The notes: generated by a model from the letters alone, not told the origin. A stretch of 64,000 nucleotides of DNA from Heteronotia binoei (GCF_032191835.1 NC_083233.1:51088001-51152000), one strand, 5' to 3'. Shown: positions 11,320 through 26,059, counted from the stretch's first letter. A program made the numbers and translations.

Positions 11320-12410
11320 GTGGGTTCTTGCCTGTGGGTGAAGAGCATGTGCGTGTACCAGTCATGGAAGAACATGCGTTAACCAATCCTGTTGTGATGC
11401 TCTCAAGAGGCACCAGGGCACAATCTAGCAATAGTCTTGGAATTGATGGCTAATAGTAATCCTTAGAGAATGTTAGGAGACCAACTTAAGAGTTGTCAAG
11501 GCTGCATGAAACCAACCCCATGCTGGTTTGGTGTGAGCCCTGACAATCAAGATAAGGTTTTGTGGTTTCACTCTTTAAGTTACATGGAAAATGAGCACTT
11601 CGAATATTTGCCTCTAACTTCTTCAGGGTGGGTCATGTTGACTTGATTTGCCACTCTCCCTTTGACAGCCAGTGGCTGAACAGATTGCTATTGGCTCCTT
11701 GCCTTGGTAGCTGGAGGTTGTATCGGCAAACTGCAGTGCTGTCCCCCAGAGGAGCTGATGAGTAACTGTAGTGGGTTACAAGAGCAAAATTTTCCCCAAC
11801 TGTGCATGGAACCTCTTCCTGTAGTGGTATCATACTACTGCCACCAACAAGTGTTTTTTTTCAGTCTTGGGGGCAGTGTTTACTTCACTTGAACCACCTT
11901 CATCCAGTGGCTGGCCTGATCTGCTGCAACCACCCCTTCTATCACCCTGGAGGCTGCTTTCTGTGGATTTTTCCCCTCCAGAACTTGAGCTGTGAAACAA
12001 TTTAATTATGAGTTCACCAAGGCCTCTCCTAACCATGCCAAAGGATTTCACTAACTTACATCTTGTTCCCTCTGATGGTTATAAAATGGAAACCCACTGA
12101 GATCTTCACCTTTGATAATTATATTGAGAAATAACCCGTCTGGTTGCCTTGCAGCTGACATTATTTTCCTAATACCTGCACAATACTAGCTGTTGTGTAA
12201 CATGCCCTTCTTCTGTAGACCTCAAGGGCAAGACCAGAGCTGACTCTAGGCGGCAGTAGAGGGATTGGTACCACCTTTTCTCTGATAATTCTTCCAGTCT
12301 TGAGCCACTTTGTGCATTGGTTTCTGAGCTTCATTCTGGCATCATTCATTCATAACATTGACCTCAGGATGTTATGCAAACGTTTGGGTTTTCTGTGTTT
12401 TAAATTCCAG

Positions 12411-12554
12411 GGTGAAACATCCTATATCAGAGTCTGTCCTGAAAGAAGCATCAGCTATGGCTACTCGCGCTCCCGTTCTGGTTCAAGGGGTCGCGATTCT
12501 CCATACCAAAGCAGGGGATCACCACGCTACTCCTCTCCGTTCAGGCCATTCTGA
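12411..12554 (+). CDS. SRSF9: SRSF9 coding exon 4 (RS tail, stop); total 240 aa
   Basis: TTCCAG| acceptor; [47 protein letters not shown]. Confidence 0.96.
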   Translation, partial: GETSYIRVCPERSISYGYSRSRSGSRGRDSPYQSRGSPRYSSPFRPF

Positions 12555-15500
12555 TTCACCCAACAGGAACTTCTAAAATGTGAACTGAGCTCATGATTTC
12601 TGCTCAGAGTTTACATTCCAAAATGGATGGATATAGTCTTTCGTAGGAAGCCTTTTTTTTCCTTTCTATTCAACGATCTTTTTTTATGAATTACAGTTTT
12701 TACTAGGGAAGTGTTGGTAATGAAATGCTATAAACCGTTGCCACTTAAGACTTTTTGTTTGGAAAATGTAAATTGTTTTGTTTCTCCTCCTAAGTGAGAA
12801 AAAATGAGCTTGAGATTCAGCTTGTATTGGTGTGTCCGCAGGATGGTGGTGTAAAGCAGTGAAGCAACCTGTATGGCTCGACCTGTTGTGATGTTTTGAA
12901 ATATACTTATATGTTTCTGTAACTTAAAAGTGGGTATTTGTCTTTTTGTGCAGTGAGGATGTTGAATGTATAGAGGCACAGCTGTGCTTGGACTTTAAAT
13001 GTCTTTCTACTGTTTAAATTGACGCTCTAGTTTTTGCCCACTGTTAAAACAGTCAAATATTTATATTGTTCTAAGCCAAATGCATAGGCCTTTACAGATA
13101 GCAATGTAGTCCCACAAACAATCAAACAATGTCCAGGATGGGAGCCAGGAGGTAGAGTGCCTGAACACTACAATTGAGTATCTTTGGGTGAAGACTTAGC
13201 AAGCCTCCAAAGAGGGCCTTTTGTGCTCCTTGCCACCTGCAGATCAGCTACATGCAGTGGAGACACTCAAGAGCTAGTGTAATGTGAATAGTATTGGACT
13301 ACAGTTCGGGGGACCCTGGTTTAAATCCCCACTCGGCTATTTTACTTGGTGGCCTTGTTGTACCTGTCAAATACATCCAGTCTTACCCAACCTCACAAGT
13401 TATTGTGATGATAAAGTGGAAGATGAGAGAATAATGGAGGGATTTACTTTTCTGTTTTGTACCTTAGTTGGTGGGGGGGGGGGGTTGCTGCATTTAGGGA
13501 AACCTAAATTAAGGGGAGGTTTCCCAGGCTGAAAGTATTATGCACTCAGAAACACAGTTCTCAAGCCAGCCTGTTGTAGGGAGTTACCAGATAATAAGTG
13601 CAGGCATTACAGAACACTTTTCTTAGGCTGAACCTTGGCTCAGATTAAGCTCTGCAAAAAAGAAAGTGCTGTCTCCATTATCTAGGTGTCTAGTTCTTTG
13701 GTTGACCTTAGCTGGCTTAAAACTGACCATGTCTCTTCTTTGGAAGTCTACTCTATGATATCACAATGAACTTTGAAAGCATGTGCTAACTCTGCCATAG
13801 CACATAAGTTGGGGTCAGTCAGGTCCCATTTGCCTACAGGTGTCAGTTTGTATGCATGATAGTATACTTGGTATTGGCTGATGTGCAATTCCACATGGAG
13901 AACATTTTAAGTACTGAGCTTGGTAATGGGGCCTGCAGCTTCTTCCTCCTTCAGTGTCTCCTCAGGTGATGCAAGCACATCTTGTCAGCACTATTTGTGC
14001 TCAGTCAGTAGCCTTTTTCCTTTCCAACTCATCCCTCCATGAGCTGATCCTGCCCACTGCATGGTGCCCCCTGCTTTGATTTATTCAGGCTGGGAAAAGT
14101 GGGAGAGTGCCGGAGCTCACAGACTGAGCATGGCTGGTGAGGAGTTAGACTGGTAAGAAGCAAGGGGGGAAGAAAAGAAGAGGCATGCCTGCTCATTACA
14201 ACCTGGTGTTGGCAACAGGAGTGGCACACAGTAAAATCACTTGCCAGAGGATAAGCATGGGGAACACATTTCTGGGCCTTGTTAATTTGCTATTTATCAG
14301 TGTATGCCAAAGAGGTGCTTTGGTATAGCCTATTAAGGCTGTAGGCTTAGGCACTTCCTTGAGAGTAAACTCAGCACTATTGATGAACTAGTCTATGTGC
14401 TTTTATATACAGAATGTCAAATCATCAAAAAAATGCAATCACTATGTATTGGTCACCACACTGAACTTCTGAGATAGGAATTCATATGCCCGTTGAAAAA
14501 TGGTGCATATGCTATGCTGAACAGAGGAAATGAGATTAATAAGTAGGGTAAAGTGCCAGAGTGAGTTAAAACATATTCAGTGTTCAGCCAACATTTAATA
14601 TTCTGGTTTGTTCTCATTCCTTTTGTAAGATATTTTGTGCATGCCAAACTCTGAAATAATGAAAGTAGCACATTCTCCTGGAACAGTATAGTGCAGGAAT
14701 CCCCAACATGGCACCCATGTATTTTTAGAAAGTGGGTGGAGCAAGGTGGAGTTTTGGTACTTCATGGCATTTGATTGGCTTGCAGATCTTTAAAAACATT
14801 GCAAGGATCTTCACTGTGATTGAAGGTCAGCTGTGTGCATTGAATATTTTAAAACTGTTCATTTACAAAGGCATCCTGTAAAACAGATCTTCTGCCTGAA
14901 ATGTTGAAGCGTTACTATTGGAGTTATACGTAATGTAATGCCCTGACATTTTGTGGTTGGTTCTGCTTCCTGCAGCAGCCATTTTCTGGTTGCTTACAGC
15001 ACCCCGTGGCAGAACTCCAAAAGCACCAACAAGCTCAAAAAATGTTGGGGACATGTACAATGTCTCCATTCCAAGAGTCTGATGCATTTTCCAGGCAAGG
15101 AGATTCTTTATCTGCCAAAGAACATTCATATTTAACTTGCCACTATCAGTTGCAGATACTCCAGCATACTTCCTAAACAACTTTATCAGAGCGGACAACA
15201 AAACATGCTCTTTGTAAAATACTGTATATTTTAAAATGAAACATTTATACCTCATATAAAACATCTGTGGACCAACACTGACACCACTGAGGACTATATG
15301 TATAGCTTTTTACTTAAAAAACCCTGTAAACTGCTCCAATTTATGTTTTGGTTGGGGGGGAGTATTGTGTATCTGTTTTTTTTACTCCTCTCTTCTGGTG
15401 TTGTCTGACAGTGCTGGATATCAGTGAGGCAACTTTCTCTTTTTAAAATACACTCTACCTCTCACTCCATCCTTGTGTACATTGAAGGCTGCAGCTTCTC

Positions 15501-15917
15501 TCATTTCTTTCCATCTACTTGGCAGAAAACATAATAGTGAATATTGGCTAGTGTGTTCACAATTGTTTTTTCAAAGGTTTGTGTGCAGGTCACCTCAAAT
15601 GTGATCCCCCCTTTTTTTGTACCAACTCCCTTCCTGATTAATGCTTTTTTTTTGTGGGTGAGGGTTTTAAAAATGTTTTTTACCCCAATTCAACATAGAG
15701 TTAGGTACACGCTCACTCTAATGGAAATTACAAGCTTGTTTTAAGTGGATGCTGCGTAACTACCTCAATTGGGGGCTGTAAGTATACACGGGATGTTCAA
15801 AATTTTGTTGCAAGTGTTAATAGTCCTCAAGCAAGGCAGTCCATCATCCTTTCACAGAAGGTTGTGCAAGAGGCTTGGAATATTTAATCCTGGATGCAAC
15901 TGCATGGACTATTGAGT

Positions 15918-16006
15918 CTAAAAAGTCAGCGGTAGCATGTCTGCCGAGGGCTTTTTTTCCTGCAGGAAAGTGTGTCTGTCTTCTAACTTTGGTAATGGGA
16001 TGTTAC
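15918..16006 (-). CDS. GATC: Glutamyl-tRNA amidotransferase subunit C, coding exon 4 (stop); total 156 aa
   Basis: Minus TTTTCATTAG| acceptor; (G)NIPLPKLEDRHTFLQEKKPSADMLPLTF*, compared with the recalled mammalian GNISLPKLDE. Confidence 0.85.
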
Positions 16007-16523
16007 CTAATGAAAACAATAAAATTGAATAGAATTAAGAATATGCTAGTACAACATTTACTTAAACAGCTCTAATCATTCTTTTCAGCAAGCAACACTA
16101 TCCGGTCTGTGCACCTTATAGCATATCCTACTAATGCCATTATTACTAAAAGGTTAAGTAAGCAAATGTTGGCTCTAAGACTTTGCTGAAGGTGGTCCAA
16201 GATTCTGCAAGTTTCATTACAAATTCTCCCATTACTCAGCACTGGATGCTGTTGATTCTCTGCAGGAGTGCAGCAAGCAAGCAGAATGAAGCACAGGATG
16301 CAGAATTCTGCTCTCAAAGGATGTTAAGTGTTTGGGATTTTAAAAAGTCAACTTTCATTTTTTAGTTCATAGTAGATAATTGCCCTTATTGTCTGCTGTT
16401 TTATCTATTGAACTAGGAGGAATTAAGCAGCAACAGGTGAGAAGCTGTGTTGCTTACAGATATTTGGGAAAGGGTCAAGCATCTTCCAGCAAACTTAATT
16501 GCATGCATGGCACAAAATGTTAC

Positions 16524-16627
16524 CTGGTGGAGCTACAAAATACTCTTCCACAGTCCGATTAGCATTCTTCAGTAGCTCATCTGCAAAGTTGCCTTCTGTA
16601 ACATTATCTTCCCTGAGATACAAACAC
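16524..16627 (-). CDS. GATC: GATC coding exon 3
   Basis: (R)[34 protein letters not shown](G); CTCAG| acceptor and CAG|GTAACA donor. Confidence 0.95.
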
Positions 16628-17164
16628 CTGAGGGAGTATAAATGATTAGTTGGGACTGCTGAGATATGATAAAGAAAATAAAGAATCAAGGCAGCTAGCC
16701 ACAAGTCAAAACTAGGCCATACCACCTGACCAGAGAAGGCCAGAAGAACTTAAGAGAGATGTAACTACAGTCTTGCTTTTTGTAGTGTTACCATATACAG
16801 ATAAGAACCTTTATGTCTGTCTTTAGAGGCAGCAAATGTGTGACACCTGGCAACAAACATTGCCTTCTCTGTTCAGAGCTGTCTGCATACTTGTGATAGC
16901 ATTTTGAGTGGCAGCAAAGACCATTGGTTCATTTTACAAACTGCCTCCACAGATCAATATCCATCTAACATCACGTCTTCAATAACAGCAAAAAGGATGC
17001 CTTCAGGAAGTCTACAAGTAGTATGAGAAAGTGATGGCATTCCTATTTATCTCCCAACATACACTCCACTGCCTGTGAACATAGAGCTTCTATTTTGTTA
17101 ATGCAACTAAAAGAACTCTCTGAATGTGTCTAATCTTAAAACTGCTTTACTTCGATGGGGGGGT

Positions 17165-17350
17165 GGGCATGGCTTGGTGATAGAGCATCTGATTGGCATG
17201 CAGAAGGTCCCAAGTTCAATCCTGCATCTCCAGTTGAAAGGACAAGGTGATGTGAAAAACCTTTGCCTGAAACCCAGAAGAACCGCTGCCAGTCTGAATA
17301 GACAATACTGACCTTGATGGACCAGTGGTCTGATTCAGTATAACACTGTT
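17165..17350 (+). mobile_element. tRNA-derived SINE in GATC intron 2
   Basis: A-box/B-box-like head (GGTGATAGAGCA...CAAGTTCAATCC) and a CR1-like tail (...GATGGACCAGTGGTCTGATTCAGTATAA). Confidence 0.6.
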
Positions 17351-17770
17351 TCATGTGTATGTGGTTCTGTCCAGAAGGCCTATTTCCTAAGGCTACATTT
17401 CTAAAAACTTGAGTGTGTCCCAAGTAAATATGCTTGTCATGCAATAATTTAGATTGGCAAAGGTGTAGGAAGATTATAGAGGATAGGCTGGGGGTAACAA
17501 TATTTATCAACTGTACATATCCTGTTAGCAAAAAAGGGAATTTTAAAACATGTTACAGAGACCCATCAAATCTAGGATTGCCTGTACAACCCAACTGCAG
17601 TGTAAAATGTATACAGAAGCAGCACAGTAGCCCCCTGCTAATTTCAGAACAAAATTATATTCCACAAAACAATGCCAACTTTAAGACCTACATATAAGAA
17701 ACAAACTATATAACATAATTGTAGAAATCATTAGGTAAGTTTTAAGAACAGACATGTTGCTAAGACTTAC

Positions 17771-17937
17771 CTGTCCTCCAGTACTGAATCCATTGGCTCT
17801 ACACCATCTGTGTTAACAGAATGAAGTTGATCAGCAAATTCTATTGCTTTCTCCAAACGCTCCACACCCTCCTGATTGCGAAAATCAACAAGTGCAAGAT
17901 GCTCCAGATGATCCAGCAGCTCCAAAGTTACCTTTTT
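17771..17937 (-). CDS. GATC: GATC coding exon 2
   Basis: [55 protein letters not shown](R); long poly-T tract then GAAG| acceptor; CAG|GTAAGT donor. Confidence 0.93.
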
Positions 17938-18823
17938 CTTCAAACACAGAAAAAAAAAAAAACATTTGGGTTGTGTGGAAAAGCTTTCCAAATATGACAA
18001 GGTAAACTAGATCTTACCCATTTTTCTGAAGTCCCTGAAGTTAAAAGTTAAACATCGGTGTGTGTATGTGTGTGGTTCAGTGGTGCTCTGCATTCAGAAG
18101 TTCCCTGGCAAATCCAGTTAAAGGATCTTGAGTGTTTTATTTGGGCATTACTGTTTTTCCTGACATTTCAAATATGCATGTTTAGAACTGGAGCATTGCT
18201 AACCTAAGATTTTTAAAAGTTCACACATCTAGTGACTAAGAGTCAATATTTCTTGCCAGCTGGGTTTACTTTGTAAAAATGAGAAGTACCAGGGCAGTCT
18301 CCCCACCCCTCTCCCCAGTCAAATATTTTGACAGGAGATATCACAGGTACCAATGCTTAATTTCTACAATACTGTCAGATCTCAAGTCCTATCATCTGAT
18401 ACTTTAAAAAAGATTTGATAGTGTAGTGGCCGAGGAAGCATGTTTGTCCCCAGTTGAATTCCGCCTCAGCTACAAACTCGGTAGCAGCGTGATCATGCAC
18501 GCGTTTATTCAGATACATTCAGCTCTTCGATAGAACTTCTCTATGTTTGCGGCCTGCATGCGCTTAAGCCAAGCATCTATCTACTATATACGGCTATAAA
18601 TACTGACCTGCCCTTATGGGGAATGTAAGCATTACTGAAATAATAACGGTCACACAGAAGAGGCACAAATGTTACTGTTCTGAACAGTCTTTTCTAAAAA
18701 TGCAGGTGTAATAAACCGCTGGGAAAAGAGCACTTTGTACATGCTCGAAGGAGTTAGCCTTTCTGTCATGCTTCTAGGGGTGGCGGTGAAAGATTCGCCC
18801 AGAAGACGTTGCACGCTTCTCAC

Positions 18824-18934
18824 CCTGCCGCGTTCATCTTCCTGAGGTGACGGAACAGAAGAGAGCCCTACAGGGTTGCCGCTCCGAGAACAGAAAGCCG
18901 CGCGGGCCAAACGACTGACCCGGACCACCCACAT
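18824..18934 (-). CDS. GATC: GATC coding exon 1 (mitochondrial presequence-like)
   Basis: MWVVRVSRLARAAFCSRSGNPVGLSSVPSPQEDERGR: Arg/Ser-rich start, donor AGG|GTGAGA, phase 0 matching exon 2. Confidence 0.82.
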
Positions 18935-19307
<373 letters not shown>

Positions 19308-19759
19308 TGAGCTAGGGAAACGGTAGACTCGGCGGAGATTCAAGCAAGTAGGGACTGAAAAGGCCATGGATGGCATTAAAGGGAAAGCCAGGAAATTGCT
19401 GGACGCAGAAGGATGTCGGAAACGAAGGAGCAGTAATATCATATGGTCAGGCAGGTGATTTATAGGGTAGCTACCGAAGGCGTCCACTTTTTTGCTGTAA
19501 GACTTCTGTATTCCTGCATTTGTTGTTACTTATGTTCACGCTTATTTCTTTGAAATATGCTCGTAAGCTACCCAGTGATGTGAATCACTAGCTTGTCTGA
19601 AAATCACACCCCTGTATTCCAGACACACTATTATTTCTAAATCCAGTTTTTGAAGATGTTATAATGCAGATTGTTTATTTCTATTGCAAACATGATCTGG
19701 AATTTAATATCTCAATATCATCAGAACTATTAAAATATACTTGCTTTTCCTTTTTCTAG

Positions 19760-19843
19760 AAAGCAATCAAGGAAAAGGACATACCCATTGAAGGGCTGGA
19801 ATTTATGGGCCCCAGCAAAGGAAAATCTGAAAACTCTTCTTGA
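19760..19843 (+). CDS. TRIAP1: TRIAP1 exon 2 (stop); total 76 aa
   Basis: TTTTTCTAG| acceptor; KAIKEKDIPIEGLEFMGPSKGKSENSS*. Confidence 0.95.
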   Translation, partial: KAIKEKDIPIEGLEFMGPSKGKSENSS

Positions 19844-22689
19844 CCATGATGGGATACAGGTGGAGTCATTTGAATTCTGAATCACAGTGGCAACAGGACA
19901 AGTTGGCTGTCTGAAATACAAGGACTTTTCTCCATTGCGGTTTCTGTCACGTAAAAACAGCTTTGTTTTTAATGAACTGATGGTGGGTTTTACCACTGGG
20001 GAGAGAATGAGTAGAGGGGAGGGAGCAAGTTCAGATTACATGAAGTTACTGATCATCTTTTCCCCTCATGCAGGCCAAATTAAGCTGTAACTGTAAAATG
20101 AATGTGATGGAGCTTGATTGATACAATGCACTGCTGTATCTTTGTTTTCTGAATTTTTTCTCTCCATTAGTGCTACTTCCTGAAGCAGAAGGTGCTCTCA
20201 GCATTGATTATGAAAGATACAGCACTTGAGAAATGTTGTGGAGAAATGTTAACTTCTCTCTAAAGACTGTAGCCTCATGCTACTGCTTTAAAAAAACAAC
20301 CCTGTGAGCTTATAAAACCCACACATTCATTCTTTCTAACCCTCTCTCCAGATGTATGGAAGTTTCAGGCATACAGTGCTTCCTTTTGGCAAGGGGAAGC
20401 AAGACAAAACCTGTTTAGAACTTACTTTCTGCTTCTGTCTAGTAAATGTAAAGGAGAAGCAGCAGCATGGTTATATACAATGTGATGCATATATTCCTTC
20501 TTGAAAAGGAGAATGTTATTCATCTTGCATTTTGTTTGGCCAAACAGACTATATTTTGGATTGCTGTTTAGAAGGTGAGAAATGTGTTGAAAGAGTGGGG
20601 TTTAAAATACTATTCTCCTTTGTCACTCAAGAGCTTCAGATTACTAAACAGCATCCATTCATGTTACACACGCTACCTAGATGTTTTGCTGAAACATCTA
20701 AGAAAATTTAGAGCAAATACTGTTAAGTAGACAGTTGGTATAAGCACCTGTCTTGGTATAATTTATAAAAAGCTTCACTACATTAGTGAAAATGTAATGA
20801 ATTCTTAGTCATGACATTAAAGCACCTGGTTTAGAACTGCTAGAAGCTATTCAGTTCTCTGCCTCTCTTCCATGGATTTCTTTTAAATTATTATATGAAG
20901 TTCCATGTTAGTATTTAAGATTGTTCTGGCTGTCATAAACTTACAGCTGTAACAGTCAGCACTTATGAGAGTCCAAGCTGCTTTATCAGAAAAGCATTGT
21001 ATTCATTTAATAGAAATACAAACATTTGGATTCAAACTAGGGTGCAGAAAAATTATTTACCTCATTTTGTAATCACATCTCACTTTCTATACCTTTGTGT
21101 GTTTGATATATGGCTCCCAACTGATAACTTTTGCTTCCATCAAAAGGAATGTTTGTGCCACAGTAAATATTAATCTTTAAGGTGCCGCACAGCTTTGTTT
21201 TCATGGATGTGAAACCTTATAGGATGTTGGGCAAACACATGGCTTGCTTCATATCACAGCCATAGGCTTAAAGCCCTTGTGTTGTCAGCAGAAAGACTAA
21301 CATGAAATGCTAATATGAAGTACAACCCTGGTTAATGCTCCCATTGAGTTTCCTCAGCTTATTGTACTGAGGAGCAAAATAAATGATTTCTCCTTTGCTT
21401 ATGCTTTCTTTCAGTTTTCACCAAGGTCACTTTGTCTTGCCGAAAGTTTCCAAGGCAGTTATGGTGCTTTGAAAATAGGCTTCTTGCTTTCATTTTGCAG
21501 GAGGAACACATGCAGAGGTGGTGAAAAGTTGTTGCTTTAGAGTTTAAGCAGTTCTCTGCAGCACTGGGGACAAAGTTCATATTCTGCCTTTTTGCATGCT
21601 AGCCCAATGTGGGGATTATCTAGTAGTGCTCAGTACAGAGAGGAAAAGTCAAATTAAGGCTGTAATCCCAGGCTTTGGATAAATTTTATTGACTACAGTA
21701 TATCTTACTTTTACGTAAGCATACATACAGTCAGACTGCTTATGGAAATAATGTTCTTGCAACAGAAAGTGCCTTATAACATGATTGAACAGCTGTATGT
21801 ATTTTGCTATGTGCAATAATGGAAAATCAATAAGGATAATAAAATTGGATTCAATAGAAATGAGGACTTCGTTACAGTCTTGGTATTGATTTGATATGCT
21901 GCACAGCTGAAGCTGTTAGTGAGAAAAGGGAGGCAGCAGGCAGGAGTGTTTTCTGCCTTGACAGACACTCTAATGACTAATCATCCTGCTGGTTACTGCC
22001 ATGACTCTCCCAAGGCAGTGGCTTCTCTACTCAAACAAACACTTGCTAATGGGATACTAGCTACTGGAACTTCCAACACCAGAGTGAGAAGTACAGAGGT
22101 CTAATGGGTCACCAAGAGTTTTTTCTCCCCTTCTCTACCAGCCATGAAATCTGTGGACTGCAAACAAACTCCCCCCCCCCTCCGGTCTCCGTTGTGTTTG
22201 ATCAAGCAGGATACAAGCACTCCATAAGAAACCGCCATATTTCATTGCCATATTTCCTTGTTAGGCAATCGTACTTTGTTGTGATATAATAGTAGCCAAG
22301 AATCCAAGTGTCTCGGTACCTACAAAAATCTAATAACAACTTGGCTTGCCTGAAGTCTCCTCTATCAGTCGATCTAGATCAGTCCATTGTCAGTGGGGGA
22401 GAGAAAAGTACTGATTTACCAAACTGGGTTATAATCATACAGCTGTATATAAAGCACTTCAGACTTTCAAAAGATACCACTTGAGCACAGCAGATCTCAC
22501 AGCATAACTTTCCCATCTACTGCCATGCTGTGTCCAAGATAAGAGAACCCTCTGGAACAATGCATGCTGTGGTATCATCATGCTGGGTATCATAAGCAAT
22601 TAGATCCCTCCCCCAAAGAGTCCTTCCACCAGCAGAAAGAGTTCACATCAGGAAGACTCAGTTGTCAGTGTTCACAGGAGGCTTTAAGG

Positions 22690-23252
22690 CAGGGTCATCA
22701 AACTCATTTGTTATGAGGGCCGGATCTGACATAAATGAGATCTTGTTGGGTCAAGCCATGTCGGGCTGGGCCGTATGTGTACCTATTTAATATTAGGTAG
22801 CAGAGATATAAACTCTATAAAGGACACAAACGCAATTAAAGATTTTTTAAAAAACCTTTAAACACGCTTAAAACATTGGTCTTAAAGGTGCTTTCTTTGT
22901 ATTTCTCCCATGGGATCCAGGGAACTGAGCAAAGGAAGCTCTGGCTCTTTCCTTGCTTCCCCAGGGGACTGAGGGGGAGGAGCCTCAGCCAATAGAAGGA
23001 AGAGAGGGTTGGCTGCTGTGAGTTCTCCCTCACCCCTTCCTCCCCAAGGGAGGAGCCTCAGTCAATGGAGAAAATAAGAGACTTTGCTCTGTTGCTCCTG
23101 TGCAAGTGAGCAAGCCCTGCAAAGCAAGCTGTAATGCAGAAGGAAGCAAGAAAGAGAGAGAAGGAAGCAGATGATAGCCAATTGTTCTGGGGCCGGATAG
23201 GAGCCCTCCAAGGGCCTGATACAGCCCCTGGGCTGCATGTTTGACACTCCTG
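22690..23252. mobile_element. hAT-type non-autonomous element
   Basis: Termini CAGGGTCATCAAAC / GTTTGACACTCCTG; 8-bp flanks CTTTAAGG and CATTAGGG (6/8). A partial related copy starts at ~34014. Confidence 0.7.
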
Positions 23253-24268
23253 CATTAGGGCCTTTACAGCTGTCATTTTCCTTGCCATGTTTTGGCCACT
23301 GTAAGTCTTGTCCTCTACCACATGAGTTAGAAATGACAAAAGTTGGACAGTCTGAACTTGAGCAATAAAATACTGAACTCAAGTAGCATGTTTAAGCTTG
23401 CTGGCACAAAAAGGGAGCTATATCTGGCAAAATCTTGAAGTTGCAAAGAGAACCTCAGATCCTTGAATTGATAATCCAGTGGCTGTTAATTACAATGCAG
23501 AGTCTTTTCAAAGAGACAAAGTGTTGGTAAGCCTCCAGAGGTGATGGAACAGCTTATCTTTGTCTGAATAATGATATCCCACATTCCCCCTGAAAAGACG
23601 CAAGACAGCTTGCAATAATAGCTCCCCAATAATAAGTTTTTACCCAGGCCACTGTTCTCCCTCCTCTCTGGTGCATCATTTCTTTCAATGATGCAGTCAG
23701 CCAGTCAGCTTAAAGAGAAAAAACTATCCAATACAGAGAGATAAATAGTTCAAAGGCCAAACAACTTATTGATGCAAGTCATACTCATTCCTATTATTCC
23801 TTTCTTCCCAAGCAGAACTCTTTTATTGCTTTGTACAGACACTGCTGCTGCTTTTGCCTCCCTAAAGTGGAGCTCACCAAGAAAAACTAGTAAGGAATAC
23901 TAGATCAGACAGTGGGTTGGATCCAACCAACTTTTCTGCTGGTGAAAAGAAGAGGTGGAACCACAAGAAAAAAACTTGCTGGTGATCAGGGGATCCAAAA
24001 ACCATGGAGGACATAATATGAAGGAGAACTGGGTGAAAAAGCTGGTTAGATGCAACCCAAGCTTGGTATCCAAAACAAATCACAAAAATATTCAAATGGA
24101 ATAGTTTTATTTAGGTGACCTCTGCAAAAAACCAAACTGCTAGAGATCAGGATGCAGTTCATAATTTCACAGTACAAGGAATGAAGAATATTTTTATTGT
24201 GAATTGCAGCCTATGTTCTGGTCCAGCTACCTTAATGATGGTCCATGGTGCTACTGTGATCCACTCAT

Positions 24269-24355
24269 TTAATGGTCGTCTTCATAGCCAGTTGGGAGAG
24301 GGTTAGTATGAGGATTGTGGAAGAAAGTATGGTTCCCATCACCCCAAGGGAAGGG
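24269..24355 (-). CDS. COX6A1: Cytochrome c oxidase subunit 6A1, exon 3 (stop); total 115 aa
   Basis: TTTTTCAG| acceptor; [28 protein letters not shown]; AATAAA on minus at 24106-24111. Confidence 0.95.
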   Translation of the reverse strand, partial: PFPWGDGNHTFFHNPHTNPLPTGYEDDH

Positions 24356-24827
24356 CTGAAAAAGAAAAGACCAGATGGAAGGTTTAGCCTGCCATTCCTC
24401 AGATTTTTAGTTATTTAATGGCTAATTAACCTGGAAGCAATGACACAGAATGAAGATATTCTTCCACTTTCAATTTGCATGGTGCTTACCCACAAGAGTA
24501 CTGTTACAGAGCAAGAACACCCTGGATGTACAGAATATTCCAACTATAGAGACCTATTATTTGAATTCAGGCCTGTGAACAACTGCAGATCCAGCCTATT
24601 TAACTGCAAGAAGCCACTGCTTCAGCTGGTATCACCTGTAGCACAAAACCTGGAGAACTCTTATACTGTTAAGGTTTTACCACTTTGGAAGCAATTATCA
24701 GACAAACATTGTTCTTCAAATTTTCCTTGGAATACAACATTTGGTATACAGAAACTTCCATGTTGGCATACACACATTGTTAAAATGTTGGAAATTAGAT
24801 AACAGCTGAATTACATTTGCTTTCAAT

Positions 24828-25057
24828 ACCAGTGTAGTGCAGTGGTTAAGAGTGACAGACTAGTATCTGGGAGGCCAGGGTTCAAATCTTTGTGCGTGCA
24901 GTGGAAGCTTGCTGGATGACTTTGGACCAGTCACACTCTCTCAGCCTAACCTACCTCTTGGGGTTGTTGTGAGGATAAAATGGAGAACAGAAAAACAATG
25001 TAAGCTGCTTTGGGTCCCCACTGGCGAGAAAGGCAGACTACAAATGAGTTAAATAAA
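24828..25057 (+). mobile_element. tRNA-derived SINE (near full length)
   Basis: A box AGTGTAGTGCAGTGG, B box GGGTTCAAATC, body CTCTCAGCCTAACCTACCTC and an A-rich tail. Similar copies near 13270, 33320, 62480 and 63590. Confidence 0.7.
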
Positions 25058-26059
25058 GAAGCACAAAGGGTTTTCTGTTGCAGACCATTCATTTGCTGGT
25101 TGACCACCATTTTGTAGGCTCAGATAATTTCTGAAATTCAGCTATTTCAGCTATTTTTGTTTTTTAAGCAAAAATCTGACCTGAAGTTTTAAACTTACAG
25201 GCTTAACAAATGTACACATAGTTTACCTAATGGAAAGAGAACAAATGTAGTACATGTTCTACTGTGCTAATACAGACAGGCTGCTTGAGGAGAAAGAGAC
25301 AATATTGGCACTGTGGTGCCTGCCTCTGGGTTTTGTTTGGTCTAGCAGGATAACAGAGAGGGAATTTGACTTTGGAGATGTGCACATTTGGAGAAGCATT
25401 TATCATACACTCCCAAGTTCCTTCTCCCTAAACTTGGACAGGAAGTGGCCAGTTTACAATCTCCATGTTCTTCAAAAAATATACATTTCACGTCCAGCAC
25501 AGGCAGATGGTTAGTTCCACTCACACACATACACTCTTATAAGGACTTTTGGGTGCAGGGGGAAGGCTAGGGCTTAGTTTCATGGGGCCTGTCATGGAAT
25601 ATAGATGCATAAAACAAGAATGGGGCTGAAAAGCCAAGGAAGAATGTCCATGGAAAATAACTACAATCAGCAAAACATTCAACATTCCTTTACTGTTTAC
25701 ACAGGATAGATTAAAGTAAGGGCTTTAACTTATGTTTCCAAGATGTTTGGTGCATGCATAAATTGGTAAAAAACTCCAAACGTTTTCTTAAACCCAAGGT
25801 TATTTGAATTGGAGAGGCTAAACAACAATATACTGGAACTTCCATTTTAAGAGAAGCTTCAAATGAAACATTTTCTGAGGAAAACAAACAATTTATATAA
25901 GAAACTCTGCTTCCTTGCCAATACTTCAACTTTAAAGTTTGTTTTCAACCAGGATCAAACAAGATTTCAGAGCATTAGGCATTAACATCTTTTCCTGTCC
26001 AGTAAGTGTGAAATTTAAAAATTAAATGACATGGTATCATGCTGATCTAAGCCAAATAC

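Noticed and set aside
11580-12000. Second cryptic exon in SRSF9 intron 3 (CTAAC..CTTCAG at ~11626)
   Set aside because: Acceptor-like, but I found no convincing paired donor and have no conservation data.
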